Positions 41,526 through 53,820 of a stretch of DNA of 64,000 nt are shown piece by piece. The DNA is from Octopus vulgaris. Lineage: Eukaryota. Position 1 is the stretch's first letter, and each line of letters begins with the position of its first letter. The DNA is taken from NCBI GenBank assembly GCA_951406725.2, contig OX597814.1, positions 930,001 through 994,000 on the forward strand, given 5' to 3'. The position numbers were made by a program, and so were the translations under genes. The notes under the pieces were generated by a model. The model searched no databases and was not told the DNA's origin. It saw only the letters and a program-made list of their open reading frames with translations.

Positions 41526-41829
41526 ATTCTATTGTGTCTGGGGAGAGTCATTTTCTTTTGTGCCTTATTATGTAACACACTTACCCGTAAAATTTCCACG
41601 TTTTTTCTTATTTTTATTGTCCTAAAATTTTCGTTGCATCTTGCAACCTTTTCAATAGTCTTGACTCTGTCCCTTATTTATTTTGACAGAGTCAAAACTA
41701 TTGAAAAGGATGCAAGATGCAACAAAATTTTAGGACAATAAAAATAAGAAATAAGTGGAAATTTTACCGGTGAGTGTGTTACATTATAAGGCACAGAAAG
41801 AAAATGACTCTCCCCAGACACAACAGAAT
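41526..41829. mobile_element. fold-back element, ~145-bp arms, 13-nt loop
   Basis: 41526-41671 is the reverse complement of 41685-41829; a single arm also occurs at 12056-12197. Confidence 0.9.
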
Positions 41830-42504
41830 ATGCTTCAACACACGAACTCACATAATCTTGCAAACCAAATCCAAAAACGAAAATAATGGTGGAGATATTT
41901 ATAAACTTCATTATTTCCAAAATTAATTGAAAGAAAGACTGTCTTTTAGCAGAAATATGGCAACAATAGGGTTGAGGTAATCTAAATTAAAATTTTCCTT
42001 TAAAATTCCTTATTAATTTATGTTCCAAAACACCATCTTAATAACGACAAAGGTATTTTGCTAAATTCGTCATCATTTTTTAAACTGATTGAAACAAAGG
42101 CAGAGCATTTCAGGTAAGAAAGGGGTTAAGTTTAGAAGATGGCAATTATTAAGATTCTTCTTTTAAATCTAACATTTGTGTTAGTTTTTCTTTTATTCTT
42201 TTATTTCCTTTACTTGTTTCAGTCATTTTGACTGTGGCCATGCTGGAGCGCCACCTTTAGTTGAGCAAATCGATCCCAGGACTTACTTTTTGTAAGCCTG
42301 GTACTTATTCTGTCAGTTTCTTTTGCTGAACCGCTAAGTTACGGAGACGTAAACACACCAGCATCGGTTGTCAAGTAATGTTAGGGGTGAGGACATATGT
42401 CTGTGGAGTGCTCAGCCATTTGCATGTTAATTTCATGAGTAAGCTGTTCCGTTGATCGTATCAACTGGAACCCTTGTCGTTGTAACCGACAGAGTGCCCC
42501 TTTT

Positions 42505-43380
42505 AGATCAATATACACCATTGCACTTGGCTTCTGTTGACCTGGAGAAAACTTTTGACAGAGTCCCTCATTCTGTTGTCTAGTGGTATCTAAGGAAGTT
42601 TAGGCATAGATGAGTGGCTTGTTAGAGCTGTACAGGCCATGTACAGCAGAGCTGTCAATAGGATGAAAGTTGGCCAGGAATACAGTGATGAATTTAACAT
42701 ACAGGTAGGGGTTCGCCAGAGCTCAGTTCTCAGTCCTCTATTATTTATCATAGTCTTCCAGGCCAAAATAGAATAATTCAAAATGAGAAACCTGTGGGGA
42801 TTAATATTTGCTGATGGACTTGCTCTTATTGCAGAATCTGTTGCAGAATTAGAGAAGAAATTCCAGGTATGGAAACAAAACCTGGAATCAAAGGGCCTTA
42901 AGGTTAACCTATCGAAGACAGAGGGAAAGGTAGACTGTATGATGCTTGTGTATGAATGGCTACACTCCATGGTAGTGAGACATGGGATCTGCATGCAGAA
43001 GACATGTGTAGACTGGATAGAAATGAAGGTAGTATGCTCTGTTGGATGTGCAACATCTGTGCACATGTATGACAAAGTGCAAATGTATTGAGAGAAAAGT
43101 CGGGCAGAAGAGGAATCAAATGCAGCATAAAGGAAAGAAGATTTTATTGGTTTGAATGTGTAATGCATATGAATGAGGATAGCTGCATAAAGAAGAGCTG
43201 ATCACTGAGAGCGGATGGCACCCATGGAAGAGGGAGGTCCAGGGAGACTTGGAATGAAGTGGTAAGGACTGATCTCAGGATATTGGGCCTCACAGAGGTG
43301 ATGACAATGGACTGAAATGTCTGGCAATATGAGGTTCTTGAGAAGACCCGCCCACCTCAGTGAAACTGAGTTCTAGAAGT
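42505..43380 (+). pseudogene. decayed RTE LINE reverse transcriptase (second family), internally deleted
   Basis: VDLEKTFDRVP, VGVRQSSVLSPLLF, LIFADGLALIAES..GLKVNLSKT; later RGRSRETWNEVVRTDL. Confidence 0.88.
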
Positions 43381-43693
43381 ACTGAGTGTCCCTCCCACTT
43401 GTAACAATAAGACTTTTCACACACCCTACCCCCAAAATCCAAACAACATCCCTCTTCTTCCTCACATTTCCTCTTGTTCATGCTCTATCATCATCATCGT
43501 TTAACATCTGTTTTCCATGCTGGCATGGGTTGGACAGTTTAACTGGGGTCTGGGAAGCCAGAAGGCTGCACCAGGCTCCAGCCTGATCTGTCAGTGTTTC
43601 TACAGCTGGATGCCCTTCCTAACGCCAACTACTCCGTGAGTGTAGTGGGTGCTTTTTACGTGCCAGGGGAGGCTGGCAGCAGCCATGATCGGT

Positions 43694-46600
43694 CACCTTC
43701 GAGTGCTACTGGTAACATGTATCCCAGTACAACCTGTTGCATGGTGGGGTCGTCGGCGACTAAACCGGCAACCCCACTAAGCTTGCTTAGTGAGGAGGGT
43801 GTTTATTGGACACCCTGTGGGATGAAAAACAAAACCCATCAAAGGGCGGAGGACCTCTTGAGAGTCAACGGCCATCCAATAAATGTTAGCACGGGTACTT
43901 AGAAATTCCGGGGTGGTGTTCGGCATGCTGAAAGACCACTGGGAGTGAGGCACCCCTCAGCTTTTGTTAAAGCACGTCTCTAGGAGAAGGTCACTCTGAT
44001 ATAAAACCAGATATGCAGGGAATGGCATTGAACATTTTGGGGATCTTTGGTTTGTGCTAGAGATCACGGCGCTCCCACATCTCTGAGCCTGCGACTCATA
44101 TTGGCACCAGACATCTTGCTCCGGCTTGTCTCTGGATAATGTCAATAGAGTGGAGAGGGTCTATGAGGTGTTGTGCAAGCCTTATTGGACCTAAAACTCT
44201 GCACAGGCATTGCCGACCTTTTTTTTTTTTTTTTTTATATATATATCTATCTTATTTTTAGTATATATTTTCTTCATTTTTAGTATATTATTCGGAAGTC
44301 CTGTGGCGATGGGAAGGTGGTAAAGCATGCAGACCTGATGGGTTGGAAGAATGTACTCAGCGACCTGCACGTAGGCGGCCCATGCTAGATATAAAGTCGT
44401 CTCCTTGTCGCCCAAGACAGCGGTAGGATTCGGTTGCTGCTTGGGTGTCTGAGCAGCTCCATTTGGAGAAGGCACTGCTCACCTGGAGACCAGGGAGGTT
44501 CTAGAAAAGGTGAACCAAAAATTGCCTGTCTTTCCATATCTGATCAGTTTAGCGTGACTGACGGATGTCCACCCTGCGCTCGAAAAACAAAGAGTCTTTT
44601 ATCTATAAAATCTGGACGGAACTTAAACATTTCATGTTGGAATGTGCGTACTCCGTTGGACAACAAGAGTGATTGCAGGCCTGAAAGACGCACTGCACTT
44701 GTTGCTCGTGAGCTGAACCGTTATAAAATTGATATAGCTGCACTCTCAGGGACTTGTATAGAAGGTGATGGTCAGCTTGAGGAAGTAGGAGGCGGATACA
44801 CCTTTTTTTGGAAAGGAAGGCAGAAGGAGGAGCGCAGGGAGGCTGGTGTTGGTTTTGGAGTCCGATCTGATATCCTGAAGAAGTTGGAAGAGCTCCCTGT
44901 TCCTATAAATGAACGTATAATGACCCTACGGTTGCACTTGAAAGGTAAGCTGTTTGCTACTCTAATAAGTGCTTATGCACCTACTTTGACTAGCTGTGAT
45001 GAAGATAAAATAATCTTTTATACCCAGCTGAGAGCCATACTTAGAAAAATACCCAATTCTGATAAAGTCATTCTACTGGGGGATTTTAATGCCAGTGTAG
45101 GAACAGACTGGCAAACATGGAACTCTCTAGGACGTTTTGGAGTAGGGAAAATGAATAGCAATGGTCTCATGCTACTGGAGCTTTGCGAAGAACATGGACT
45201 TTACATTGCAAGTACTCATTTTGTGCACAAAGGTGATCACACAACAACATGGATGCATCCAAGGTCCAAAGTTTGGCACTTGCTGGATTATGTCATCATC
45301 CGCAAGCGCGACATTTATGACATTTGTAATGTCAAGTCCTTGCATGGATCAGAATGCTGGACAGACCACAGTCTGGTGCGAGCAAAGTTCCGAATGGTGA
45401 TTAGGGCGAAAGAGAGAAGAGGACCAGTCAGCATTCCTCGCCGTCTAAATGTCCACAAAGTATATGACGTTGTGGTTAGGAAAGAGCTTCAGACGCGCTT
45501 GTCCAGCATTGAAACTGTTGCAGGATGGGAAGATTTTCAAGACCAGGTTGTTCAATGTGCAGCCGAAACACTGGGGTATGTTACTGCCAGACACAGAGAC
45601 TGGTTTGATGAGAATGATGCTGGAATTCAACGACTATTAGTGGTGAAGCGCCATGCCCACAGTGTGTTGCCGCACAGAGAACTGTCTACTGTGCAGCAAA
45701 GTCTAGCACTTGCCCACTATAACAGTGTAAAATCACTACTGCAGTGATCTCTCAGGAAGATGCAGAACACTTGGTGGGAGGATCTTGCTCGTGATGTACA
45801 GGCTGCTGCTGATGTAAATGACAGCAAGAAGCTTTACCATCTTATGAAGCGAGCTTATGGGCCCAAGAGCTCCACATCAGCTCCTTTGCTTTCCAAGGAG
45901 TCTTCCACTATGTTTACTAAATCAACAGAAATCACAGGTCGCTGGATTGAACACTTCTCTGAATTCCTAAACCATGAGTCAGTTGTGGATGAAACAGTGA
46001 TTGATACTATGAAACAAAGACCTATCATTGACTCCTTAGACTCATCGCCATCAATACATGAAGTAATGACATCAATAAATAAATTGAATCTTGGTAGGGC
46101 ACCTGGAAAGGATGGAATTTGTGCTGAGGTTTTGCGATTTGGTGGTAATTGCATCACACAGTCCCTTCATGAACTTATTAGTGCAGTCTGGAGGGATGGT
46201 GCAATCCCTAAGGACTGGAAGGATGCAATTATTCTTCCTCTGTATAAAGGAAAAGGAGCCAGAACAATGTGTGGTAACTACAGAGGTATTGCTCTACTAT
46301 CAGCTGCTGGCAAGGTTCTGGCAAATATTCTTCTTACCCGTCTGAATGGGTGTCTCGTAAATGATGTCCTATCTGAATCTCTATGTGGCTTCCGATCTGG
46401 TAGAGGGACAATGGATATGATTTTCACAGCAACACAGATGCAGAAGTGCTATGAGCAGAATATGGATCTTGTCCAGGTATTCATTGATTTAATTAAGGCC
46501 TTTGATACTGTAAATAGGGCCTTTCTATGGAAAATACTTGGCAAACTTGGATGTCTGGATCACTTTGTATCAATAATTAAATCATTTCATGATGGGATGG

Positions 46601-47870
46601 AGGCTTGGGTCAATGTTGGTGGTGCCATGGCAGGACCCATTCCTGTAGAGAATGGTGTTAAGCAGGGTGACATCCTTGCCCCAACTCTCTTTTCTTTGTA
46701 CTTTGCTGCTACTTTTACTCATGCTTTTGCTAAGGTTAGCTCTCTGGGAATATATGTCAGATATCAATCTTCTGGCCGCCTCTTTAATCTTCGCCGATTT
46801 GCTGCCAATTCAAAGGTTTCCCAGTCTATTATTTGAGACCTCCTTTATGCAGATGACTGTGACTTAGTCACTCATACAGTGGATGACATGCAAATACTCA
46901 TGAATTGCATTTCTGCTTCTTGCAGGGCATTTGGACTCAGCATTAACCTGGACAAGACTGTTGTAATGTTCCAGCCTGCATCAGGAAATCCATATATAGA
47001 ACCAGCTATCTTGGTTGAAGGAACGATTCTGAAGGTAGTAGACAAGTTTGTCTACCTGGGCAGCACACTCAGCCGTTCTTGCTCCCTGGATGAGGAAATA
47101 TCTTTCAGGTTGCAGAGAGCAACTAATTCCTTCCGGTCTCTTCAGTCTCGTGTCTGGTCCCAACATGGCATCGCAAGGAGAACAAAAGTTGCTGTGTACC
47201 GTGCTTGTGTACTGACATCGCTTCTCTACTCATGTGAGACATGGACTCTGTACAAACGTCAGGTAAAGGTCCTTGAAAGTTTTCATCAGAGATGTCTCAG
47301 ACACATTCTCAATGTTGGCTGGACCTCAAAAATTCCAGACACACAGATCCTGAGGACAGCTGATATCTTGAGTATTGAGGCGAAGGTACACAAGCACCGG
47401 TTGCGTTGGACTGGACACCTTATTAGAATGGAGGATAGAAGGATTCCTAAGCAGATGCTCTATGGAGAACTTGTGAATGGAAGGAGACTCCGGCAGAAAC
47501 CAAGGCTGCAATTTAAGGACTGTGTCAAGTCCTCGTTAAAGGCCTGTGATATGCAGGACACTGACTGGGAGAACAATGCCTGTCATTGCCACAGATGGAG
47601 GAAGCAGGTTAAGGAGGGGATCGACACTTTTGAGAGAGCACGTATCCAGCATGAAGAACTTAAGCGAGCTGCGCGAAAGCGCACGGCTCGTATAGTGAAT
47701 GGGGAAAGCTTGGTCTGCAATGTTTGCAGTCGTGTATGCTTGTCAAGAGCAGGTCTCATTAGCCACCAACGGAGCCGCAAATGCAAAATATACTTTAGTC
47801 CTAGAGCGCACAATGTTTCTGAAGGTCAGCAATGGTCTTCCTCGGTCACCAGTGGACGGCCATCATGTAT
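43694..47870 (+). mobile_element. near full-length RTE (BovB-like) LINE
   Basis: ~740-bp 5' region, then a single-frame APE-RT ORF and a short 3' end ...GGACGGCCATCAT. The 5' boundary is taken where the family B repeat breaks off; no TSD seen. Confidence 0.9.
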
Positions 47871-47886
47871 TTATGTATACATCTAG
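44434..47886 (+). pseudogene. RTE endonuclease/reverse transcriptase ORF with two in-frame TGA stops
   Basis: ORFs at 44434, 45760 and 46879 share one frame. Motifs: WNVRT, SAYAPT, GDFNA, WMHPRSK.WHLLDY, TDH; GNYRGIALL, GFRSGR, DLIKAFD, GVKQG, I*DLLYADD; C-terminal CNVC..H. Stops at 45745-45747 and 46834-46836. Confidence 0.95.
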
Positions 47887-48821
47887 CAAGCTTCTTTCAG
47901 TTTCTGTCTACCAAATCCACTCACAAGGCTTTGGTTGGCCTGAGGCTATAGTAAAAGACACTCGCCCAAGGTGCCACACAGTGGGAATGAACCTGGAACC
48001 ATGTGGTTGGGAAACAAGCTTCTTACCACACAGCCATTCAATTCTGTAGTGCCACCTGTCTATCCCCCATGCTGGTGGCACGTAAAAAAACAACCTACTA
48101 CATTCTCGGAGTGATTGGCGTTAGGAAGGGCATCCAGCTATAGAAACACTGCCAGATTAGATTGGAGACTGGTGCAGTCTCCTGGCTTGCCAAACCTAAG
48201 TCAAAGTGTCCAACCCATGCCAGCATGGAAAGCAGACCTTAAACGATGATGATGATGATGATGATGATGATATATATATACACAATGGGCTTTTTTCTGT
48301 TTCCCTCTAGCAAATCTACTCAGAAGGCTTTGGTTGGCCCAGGGCCATGTTAGATGACGCTTGCTGAAGGTGGGATTGAACCCAGAACTATGTGGTTGCG
48401 AAGCAAACTTCTTACCCTATGTACGTGTGAGCGAGAGTGCACACACACACACACACACATAAAACTGTATGAAAAAATCTTTCTATACTGTAGACTAAAT
48501 ATACTAGAAGACGAGCTTAAAAAAATAATTCACTAACCTGCGCTTATCTTGCAATTAGCAGACAATTAGTTCTTCTCTATTAATTGCATGAGAAAATCTC
48601 TATTAATGAAATTATTTTTATCCCTTATATCATAAATGGGACTCTCCTTTTTCACCTAAATATAAATAATTTTGTTGCTGCGTGTTTAGGCCAAATGACA
48701 TGGGCCCGTGACCGACAGGGATACGATTTAAGATGGGGTCAACCTGTGCAAGTCTGGGATTGTGGCGGGAAAGAGTATAAAATTGAATTTGATGATATCG
48801 ACCACAGCACATATCAAAATA

Positions 48822-49212
48822 TCTCTCTCTATATATAAAGCTGAAGTTGTCTGTGTATGGCAGGTTTGGTAGCCTTCAACTAACACTATCTCCCTCGAGA
48901 CCCTGTGGCGCAAGTTGACCAAAATTGAGAGTATGATAGAAGGCTTGCTCTTCCTTCCGTTGAAAAAAAAGTTCAAATTGAACCATGTTAACACCAAAAA
49001 TTATTTACATTAAAAAGGTGCTTTTTTTCTTTGAAAATCCCTATCTTTTACGATTTTTTTACTGTTGTATCGCCATTTCTTGGTGTATTTCAACCAGAAA
49101 AATGTTCACCTAAAGAGAATAACAAGCTACATAATGCAAAATTTTAAATTTTCAAAAATTTCAATTCTAAAGGGTCGAAACAAACCCGAGCAACGCCGGG
49201 CTACACTGCCAG
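48822..49212 (+). mobile_element. non-autonomous Helitron
   Basis: Third copy of the 1319/40562 family; 3' end reads CCAG|T. Confidence 0.85.
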
Positions 49213-49237
49213 TAATTAATAAATTATTTAAAATGTC

Positions 49238-49335
49238 CCGCGGAAGTCCAATCAACCAATCAGAAACAGTCTTAAGTAGGAAACTGGTATAACGAATTAA
49301 ATTAAAGTTGGATGTTGATTCGACCAATCAGATTC
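49238..49335. promoter_or_regulatory. candidate housekeeping-type promoter
   Basis: ETS motif CGGAAGT at 49241 and three CCAAT boxes (49248, 49255, 49324) at the start of a CpG-retaining zone. Confidence 0.5.
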
Positions 49336-49461
49336 CATGTAAGAAAATACGTCGGTAATATGACACTAGTAAACAACCTCAGTCATCGGTAACAGTGGAC
49401 AGTGGTTACCCACGTTTAACAGTGGGTTACACCCCGGTTAAGAGGAATTTACCCGACGCTC

Positions 49462-49479
49462 ATGGAGTTTATACATAGG
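49462..49479 (+). CDS. candidate first coding exon MEFIHR (unidentified gene)
   Basis: ctcATGG context and AGG|GTATGT phase-0 donor ~140 bp downstream of the CCAAT cluster; too short to identify. Confidence 0.3.
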
Positions 49480-50714
49480 GTATGTATTTTTCTGTGGCCG
49501 TTACTACATTAGATGCCCCAATAAGCGGGGTATCGAACTGTATCGTAATTCTGAGATCATTGTCACATGTTTTATTGTCGTTGTTGTTGTTGTTCTGTTC
49601 TGCGCTTAGACCCGGTTAGGTAAACCCATGGCTATTACCGACCCACTCATGGACATTCCGTCGGTTTTTCCTTTGTTTTCCTGGCGGTACTTCCCTTTGC
49701 GAACATTATTTAATTTATATTTCCTTGTTTAAAACAGCACGGTGTGATCGTTGAAAGGTTTGACTGCTATTTCTAGCAAATCGAGAGACCGTCTAGAAGT
49801 TCGATCCTGGGTGTGATTATGTGTACTGTTGCTATTGTTTAGCCCCAGGTATCAGCCCTGGTGGCTTATAAATGAAATAATTATTTAGCCCCAGGTAGAC
49901 TCTGATTGAGAATCGTTAACCCCACGATCAAAAGCACTCCAGCAACGACCATCCTGTCTGTTGTCTTGGGTATCGTCCTTTTAAGAGGGTGGTAAGTGGT
50001 TGCTGTTTCTAGCGGGTCAAACGAGCACAGAGATTGTTTTGTTGGTTGGTGATGTTGTGTAGTGGTGGTGTGTGGTTGTAGCTGATGTTGCAGTAGCGGT
50101 TGTGGTAGATAGGGGGTGTGTGTGGTTATGGTTATGTAATGCTGGTCTATTGTTGTGGACACTGGTCTCTGTTGTAGTATAGTGTGGTGTTATGGCGATG
50201 TCTTGTGATGTGGTCATGTAATAATGATGTTGTGATGGTGATGATTGGTGTTTAACCCTAGGCCAGACCATACTCAAATGATCTACTGTCAAGCGAACTT
50301 TCAGCTTGACTGTCCCGTCTTTATTTCTCACTCGTATCACGCATCTAGGACTACAGAATCCAATGGGTGTGCCCCCTTTTTATTTTTCAAACCCCGTTAG
50401 GGCATGGCTTGTGTAAGTTGGCTGTTATTTCTGGCATGTCAAATGTATCACTTAGTGGCTTAGGTTTAGTTTGTGTCAGCGATTATACATCAGCAAATTA
50501 TGATAAAACTACTGTCTTTGTATGCGTGACGTGTGTGTGTGTGTGTGTGGTAGTGTTTGCAATGACATATCCGGATGGTGGTGTTGTTTAGCCCTAGGTC
50601 AGCCAACGATTGATCACGCCTATGATCGGAAACGGCGACCATGCTGTCTTTATTTAGATCTAGGACTATGTGTGTTGCTCGATGTAATGTGACATACGAC
50701 AGCGTACAAACTTT

Positions 50715-50860
50715 GGTACTACTTAAATACAGAGGTCCCGACGCATCTACGAAACCCTAACCCTCAAACTAACCCTAACCAACCCCAAGCCCCTAACGAG
50801 TGGGCCCTGTAAAAACATATCGTCACGTAGGCATCGGGACCTCTGTATTTAAGCAATGCC
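50715..50860. mobile_element. Merlin-like MITE with TAACCC-like interior
   Basis: TIRs GGTACTACTTAAATACAGAGGTCCCGA / TCGGGACCTCTGTATTTAAGCAATGCC; imperfect 8-bp TSD CAAACTTT/CAAACCTT. Confidence 0.75.
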
Positions 50861-51011
50861 CAAACCTTTTCTCGTTGACTCATGCTTTGTGATGTTGACA
50901 ATAATGGCTGAAGGGTTGTAACCTCACGGACACCGTTCTGCATATCTAAATATCAAATATGAATACATTAGAATCTCACATATATAATATAATGATTTCA
51001 AAACATTTCGT

Positions 51012-51297
51012 GGTACTACTTGAGAACAGTGGTCCCAGTGCGCGCAGTCGCGTACTCGCGCATCCGCGCCAGCTAGTCGTGACTAGTCGATCCTTACTTT
51101 GTGTTTTTGTGTTATTTACTTTGTTTAAAAAATTATTTATTTTGTGTTTTTGTGTTTTATTTACTTTGTTTTTAAAAAATTATTTATTTTGTGTTTTATT
51201 TACTTTGCTGGGAAGTCGTTGTAGGATCGACTAGTCACGACTAGCTAGCGCGACTACGCGAGTGCGCGCACCGGGACCACTGTTCTCAAGTAGTACC
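51012..51297. mobile_element. CpG-rich MITE with ~70-bp TIRs (GGTACTACTTGAGAACAGTGGTCCC...)
   Basis: Long TIRs; further copies at 51931-52145 (partial) and 52151-52376, and a TIR fragment at ~6735-6762. Confidence 0.88.
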
Positions 51298-51618
51298 ACA
51301 TTAGAATATATATAATATAATGACTTCAAAACATTTCGCTTAACTAAAAAAAATTATCCAAGCGATTAGTGAAGAAAAACTCCCTGGGAATGTTTAAAAT
51401 CGACCACAGCAAGCAAGGGAAATAACTCTAATAAGCTCAATTCAAATCTTTGTTTTTGTGTCAAATATGAGATTTGGTGAATGGCGGGAGTGGAGAGGCG
51501 TGGAAAGCAGCGAAAGGAACCGATGTGTTTCGCTCTGAACAGCTGCTGTCCTCATCGAATCATAATTGCCCTCGTTTGGCAAGATCTAAGAGAGATCAAT
51601 AACTATTGAGGAAATACC

Positions 51619-51772
51619 CATTTCTTTATTACCCACAAGGGGCCGAACATAGAGGGGACAAACATGGACAGACATAGGTATTAAGTCGATTATATCGACC
51701 CCAGTGCGTAACTGGTACTTAATTTATCGACCCCGAAAGGATGAAAGGCAAAGTCGACCTCGGCGGAATTTG
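51619..51772 (-). mobile_element. 5'-truncated SINE family C
   Basis: 18-bp TSD AACTATTGAGGAAATACC (51601-51618, 51773-51790). Confidence 0.9.
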
Positions 51773-52150
51773 AACTATTGAGGAAATACCGTGACGGTGC
51801 TTATATCAACAATAGGGCCTGAGGAAGAAAACGTTCAGGGAATCTTGGGGCTTATTAAATATACAAGAAAGTGGGATTTCACGTATGGAATATAGGGGAT
51901 TGAAGAACGTGTAATCACCTGGGATGAAAGGGTGCTACTTAAGAACAGTGGTCCCGGTGCGCGCACTCGCGTAGTCGCCCATCCGCGCTAGCTAATCGTG
52001 ACTAGTCGATACTACAACGACTACCTAGCAAAGTAAATAAAACACAAAATATATAATTTTTTTTAACTGGTGCCCCAGCATGGCCGCGGCCTTCGGGCTA
52101 AAACATTTTAAAGGATTTTAAGGAAAGTAAATAAAATAAAAACACAACCC

Positions 52151-52376
52151 GGTACTACTTAAGAAGAGTGGTCCCGGTGCGCGCACTCGCATCCTCGCGC
52201 ATCCGCGCTAGCTAGTCGTGACTAGTCGATCCTACAAAGTAAATAAAATACAAAATATATAATTTTTTTACACAAAGTAAATAAAACAAAAACATAAAGT
52301 AAGGATCGACTAGTCACGACTAGCTAGCGCGAGTACGCGACTGCACGCACTGGGACCACTGTTCTTAAGTAGTACC
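52151..52376. mobile_element. CpG-rich MITE (same family as 51012-51297)
   Basis: GGTACTACTTAAGAA...TTCTTAAGTAGTACC, followed by degenerate TAACCC repeats at 52377-52427. Confidence 0.85.
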
Positions 52377-52584
52377 CCCTAACTCTAAAACTAACCCTAA
52401 CACTAAACCTTAACCCTTACCCTAACCATTGGCTGTGCGTATTCTTTACCTTTGCCCCCTTTTGCTGCAAACCCGCCTTCAGTGATGTCAATCCTCTGTT
52501 TTAAAGTGATCCAACCTAAAACATGTTAAGTTATGTTTCAAACATCAGCTTAATAATGACAAAGTTATGGAATAAATTCTTCGT

Positions 52585-52888
52585 ATGGTAAGAAATTTGC
52601 CTCTGAACCACGTAGTTCCGGGTTCAGTCCTGCGTGACACCAAAGCCTTGTGAGTGGGTTTGGTAGATGGGAACTGAAAGAAACCCCTCGTGTATGTATG
52701 TTTGTATGTATGTATGTGTGTGTGTGGATGTACGTATGTATGTATGTATTCTATGTATGTATGTATGTATTCTATGTATGTGTGTATGTATGTGTGTATG
52801 CGTGTATGTATGTATGTATGTTTGTATGTATGTATGTATGTATGTATGTATGTATGAATGTATGTATGTATGTATGTATGTATGTATG

Positions 52889-52922
<34 letters not shown>

Positions 52923-52992
52923 TGTATGTACGTATGTATGTACGTATGTATGTATGTATGTATGTATGTATGTATGTATGAATGTATGTATG

Positions 52993-53025
<33 letters not shown>

Positions 53026-53108
53026 GTGTATGTGTGTATGTATGTATGTACGTATGTATGTATGTATGTATGTATGTATGTACGTATGTATGTATGTATG
53101 TATGTATG

Positions 53109-53142
<34 letters not shown>

Positions 53143-53308
53143 TGTATGTATGTGTGTATGTGTGTATGTATGTATGTACGTATGTATGTATGTATGTATG
53201 TATGTACGTATGTATGTATGTATATATGTACGTATGTATGTATGTATGTATGTATGTACGTATGTATGTACGTATGTATGTATGTATGTATGTATGTATG
53301 TATGTATG

Positions 53309-53341
<33 letters not shown>

Positions 53342-53436
53342 GTGTATGTGTGTATGTATGTATGTACGTATGTATGTATGTATGTATGTATGTATGTACG
53401 TATGTATGTATGTATGTATGTATGTATGTATGTATG

Positions 53437-53495
<59 letters not shown>

Positions 53496-53733
53496 GTGTG
53501 TGGTGGGGGCTGGTGTGGCTATGTGTCCGTGTTTGACTCCCTCCACACTTGACAACCGATGTTAGTTTGTTCATGTCCCCGTAACTGAGTGGTTCGGCAA
53601 AAGAGATCAAGAGTATAAGTTTCAGGTTAAACAAAAAAATAAAACTAAGTACTGGGGTCGATTCATTCGACTAAAATTTCTTCAAGGCTGTGCCCCAGCA
53701 TGGCCGCAGTCTACTGACTGACACAAGTAAAAG
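52585..53733 (+). mobile_element. SINE family A with its internal microsatellite expanded to ~800 bp (TATG)n
   Basis: Head 52585-52690, (TATG)n 52690-53494, tail 53540-53733. Confidence 0.85.
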
Positions 53734-53820
53734 CTAATATTTCCAAGATTAATTGAAACAGAAGAAGTGGATTATCGGCAGAAATAAGGTAACAAAAGGA
53801 TTAAAGTGATCTAATTTAAA

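Noticed and set aside
45745-46836. Programmed readthrough or A-to-I rescue of the RTE TGA stops
   Set aside because: CpG deamination explains both stops simply; there is no supporting evidence and the element has other damaging substitutions.
48584-48838. Short ORF with natural-looking peptide (WARDRQGYDLRWGQ)
   Set aside because: No recognisable family or convincing donor site; it runs into a Helitron.
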